Positions 62,077 through 64,000 of a stretch of 64,000 bases of DNA are shown in pieces. The DNA comes from an uncultured Veillonellaceae bacterium. GTDB taxonomy: Bacteria; Bacillota; Negativicutes; JARBTT01. The DNA is taken from the NCBI GenBank assembly GCA_963805085.1, contig CAWDTA010000003.1, positions 64,001 through 128,000 of the forward strand. The letters run 5' to 3'. A program made the translations under genes and the position numbers. The notes under the pieces were generated by a model. That model saw nothing but the letters and a program-made list of their open reading frames with translations, was not told the DNA's origin and did not search any database. Positions within the stretch are counted from its first letter, which is position 1, and each line of letters begins with the position of its first letter.

Positions 62077-63561
62077 ATGCAGAAACTTATAAAAATTCAT
62101 CTAAAAGATAACGTTGCCGTTGCTGTCTGTTCACTAAAAAAAGGCGATGTAGTCGAAATAAATGAAAAGAAGATTACCATAGGTACAGATGTTGCTGCTG
62201 GTCAGAAAATTGCACTAAACGATATTCATAAAATGGAATGTGTTATGAAATATGGTTTTCCGATTGGTTTGGCAAGCGGTGATATTCACGCGGGCGAATG
62301 GGTGCATATCCACAATGTAAAATCACGGCTCGGCGATTTACTTGAGTATCAATATAAACCGGATTTCGAGACCGGTAAACAAGAAAAATCGCAAGAATTT
62401 TTAGGATACAAGCGTCCCAATGGAAAAGTTGGGATTCGTAATGAGGTTTGGATTATTCCGACAGTGGGCTGTGTAAACGCCATTGCTAAATCTATCGAAG
62501 ATCAATCTAAGCAGTTTTTATCACCACAGATTGATGGAATTTTTTCCTATAGTCATCCACATGGTTGTTCACAGCTTGGTGATGATCAACTCTTTACACA
62601 AAAAATTTTAGCCGGTTTGATTGATCATCCGAATGCTGGCGCAGTATTGGTCCTTGGTCTCGGATGTGAAAATAATCAAATTGAGGATTTAAAAAAAGTG
62701 TTAGGACCGTATGACGAGAAGCGGGTAAAGTTTTTAGTCTGTCAGGAACATGAAGATGAAGTCGCTGTGGCCTTAGATATCATGAAAGAACTTTGTGAAT
62801 ACTCTGCCCAATTTCATCGTGAATTATGTCCTGTAGATCGGCTGGTAGTCGGTTTAAAATGTGGGGGGTCAGATGGTTTTTCTGGGATAACGGCAAATCC
62901 GTTGGTTGGTGAATTGTCTAATATGTTGATTGCACAAGGCGGAACATCGATTTTAACAGAAGTTCCTGAAATGTTTGGGGCAGAAACGTTGTTAATGAAT
63001 CGTTGCATCGATGAAGAGACATTTACCAAAACAGTCGGCCTTATCAACGAGTTTAAACGATATTTTATGCGCTATGGACAGAAAGTCAATGAAAATCCAT
63101 CACCTGGCAATAAAGCTGGCGGGATTACGACCTTGGAAGATAAATCATTGGGTTGTGTGCAAAAAGGTGGTACAGCACCAGTTATTGACGTGCTTTCCTA
63201 TGGTGATCGCGTTAAAAAACGTGGCTTGAACCTTCTTACAGCACCAGGAAATGATCTCGTAGCGTCTACGGCACTCGCAGCGTCTGGCGCTAACTTGGTC
63301 CTATTTACGACTGGACGTGGAACTCCCTTTGGTTGTCCCGTACCAACCGTAAAAATAGCGAGTAATTCGCAGCTTGCAACGAGGAAGGCAAATTGGATTG
63401 ATTTTGATGCCGGTAAATTACTCAGCGGTATGGATATGAAATCAGTTTCCAATCAATTTTTTAAATTTATACTAGAGGTTTCTTCGGGAAGCCAAAAAGC
63501 GAAGTCTGAGTCGCTTGATAAACGTGACCTAGCAATATTTAAAGATGGCGTTACCTTATAA
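62077..63561 (+). CDS. uxaA: Altronate dehydratase
   Basis: SAF domain, GIRNE, HGCSQLGDD, KCGGSD, FTTGRG, FKDGVTL. Confidence 0.95.
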   Translation: MQKLIKIHLKDNVAVAVCSLKKGDVVEINEKKITIGTDVAAGQKIALNDIHKMECVMKYGFPIGLASGDIHAGEWVHIHNVKSRLGDLLEYQYKPDFETGKQEKSQEFLGYKRPNGKVGIRNEVWIIPTVGCVNAIAKSIEDQSKQFLSPQIDGIFSYSHPHGCSQLGDDQLFTQKILAGLIDHPNAGAVLVLGLGCENNQIEDLKKVLGPYDEKRVKFLVCQEHEDEVAVALDIMKELCEYSAQFHRELCPVDRLVVGLKCGGSDGFSGITANPLVGELSNMLIAQGGTSILTEVPEMFGAETLLMNRCIDEETFTKTVGLINEFKRYFMRYGQKVNENPSPGNKAGGITTLEDKSLGCVQKGGTAPVIDVLSYGDRVKKRGLNLLTAPGNDLVASTALAASGANLVLFTTGRGTPFGCPVPTVKIASNSQLATRKANWIDFDAGKLLSGMDMKSVSNQFFKFILEVSSGSQKAKSESLDKRDLAIFKDGVTL

Positions 63562-63612
63562 TTTTTTAATAAAATGCATGGTTTTTAACTTAAAAGCGAA
63601 AGGGTGTTACCA

Positions 63613-64000
63613 ATGAAAACATTTATGGATGAAGATTTCTTATTATCGAATGAAACAGCAAAAACTCTGTTTCATAAGTATGCAAAGCAAATGCCGATTA
63701 TTGACTATCATTGTCATATTAATCCAGAACAGATTGCCAAAAATCATAAATTTGCTAGCATTACCGAAGCGTGGCTTGGTGGCGATCATTATAAATGGCG
63801 GATGATTCGTTCCAATGGCGTAGCAGAAAAATATATTACAGGCGAAGAAAGCTCCGATCGGGAGAAATTCCAGAAGTTTGCGGAAACAATGCCAAAGGCG
63901 ATTGGCAATCCACTTTATCATTGGACGCATTTAGAATTGAAACGTTATTTTGATTGTAATTTGACTCTTTCAGAAGATACAGCAGAAGAAATTTGGCAAC
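63613..64000 (+). CDS. uxaC: Glucuronate isomerase, 3'-truncated by the window edge
   Basis: [11 protein letters not shown]...PIIDYHCH...GDHYKWR...[16 protein letters not shown]. Confidence 0.95.
   Translation, partial: MKTFMDEDFLLSNETAKTLFHKYAKQMPIIDYHCHINPEQIAKNHKFASITEAWLGGDHYKWRMIRSNGVAEKYITGEESSDREKFQKFAETMPKAIGNPLYHWTHLELKRYFDCNLTLSEDTAEEIWQ

Noticed and set aside
63643-63930. 95-aa minus-strand ORF
   Set aside because: Shadow of uxaC on the plus strand, like the other short antisense ORFs in the track.

Overview
AT-rich chromosomal window from an anaerobic spore-forming Firmicute. Negativicutes (Sporomusa/Propionispira/Pelosinus-like) is my inference from gene content. It is mostly metabolic genes: a Ugp-like ABC operon, arginase, a sigma54/TyrR-like activator with ald and an amino-acid permease, galM, an MCP, RNase J, a thioredoxin/Crp-Fnr cluster, FprA, gpsA, a CoA transferase and the uxaBAC operon. 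Less ordinary elements are: (1) a GEMM-I riboswitch with the A20 (cGAMP-type) signature and ON-switch architecture ahead of a canonical REC-GGDEF cyclase; (2) an intact IS110 with a ~290-nt left non-coding region (bridge-RNA candidate) and a reconstructable junction promoter; (3) a perfect (TAGA)18 tract abutting the arginase RBS; (4) a 1371-bp duplication confined to one permease ORF; (5) a SigK-promoter cluster of Cys/His-rich putative spore-surface genes; (6) Pho-box-like repeats before both the ABC operon and a Tat-exported HD protein; (7) an orphan Na+-decarboxylase beta subunit with an uncalled 49-aa membrane ORF; (8) IS and hemagglutinin remnants around a methyltransferase/HAD islet. 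No CRISPR array, rRNA or tRNA was recognised. All calls are by eye, with no database searches.
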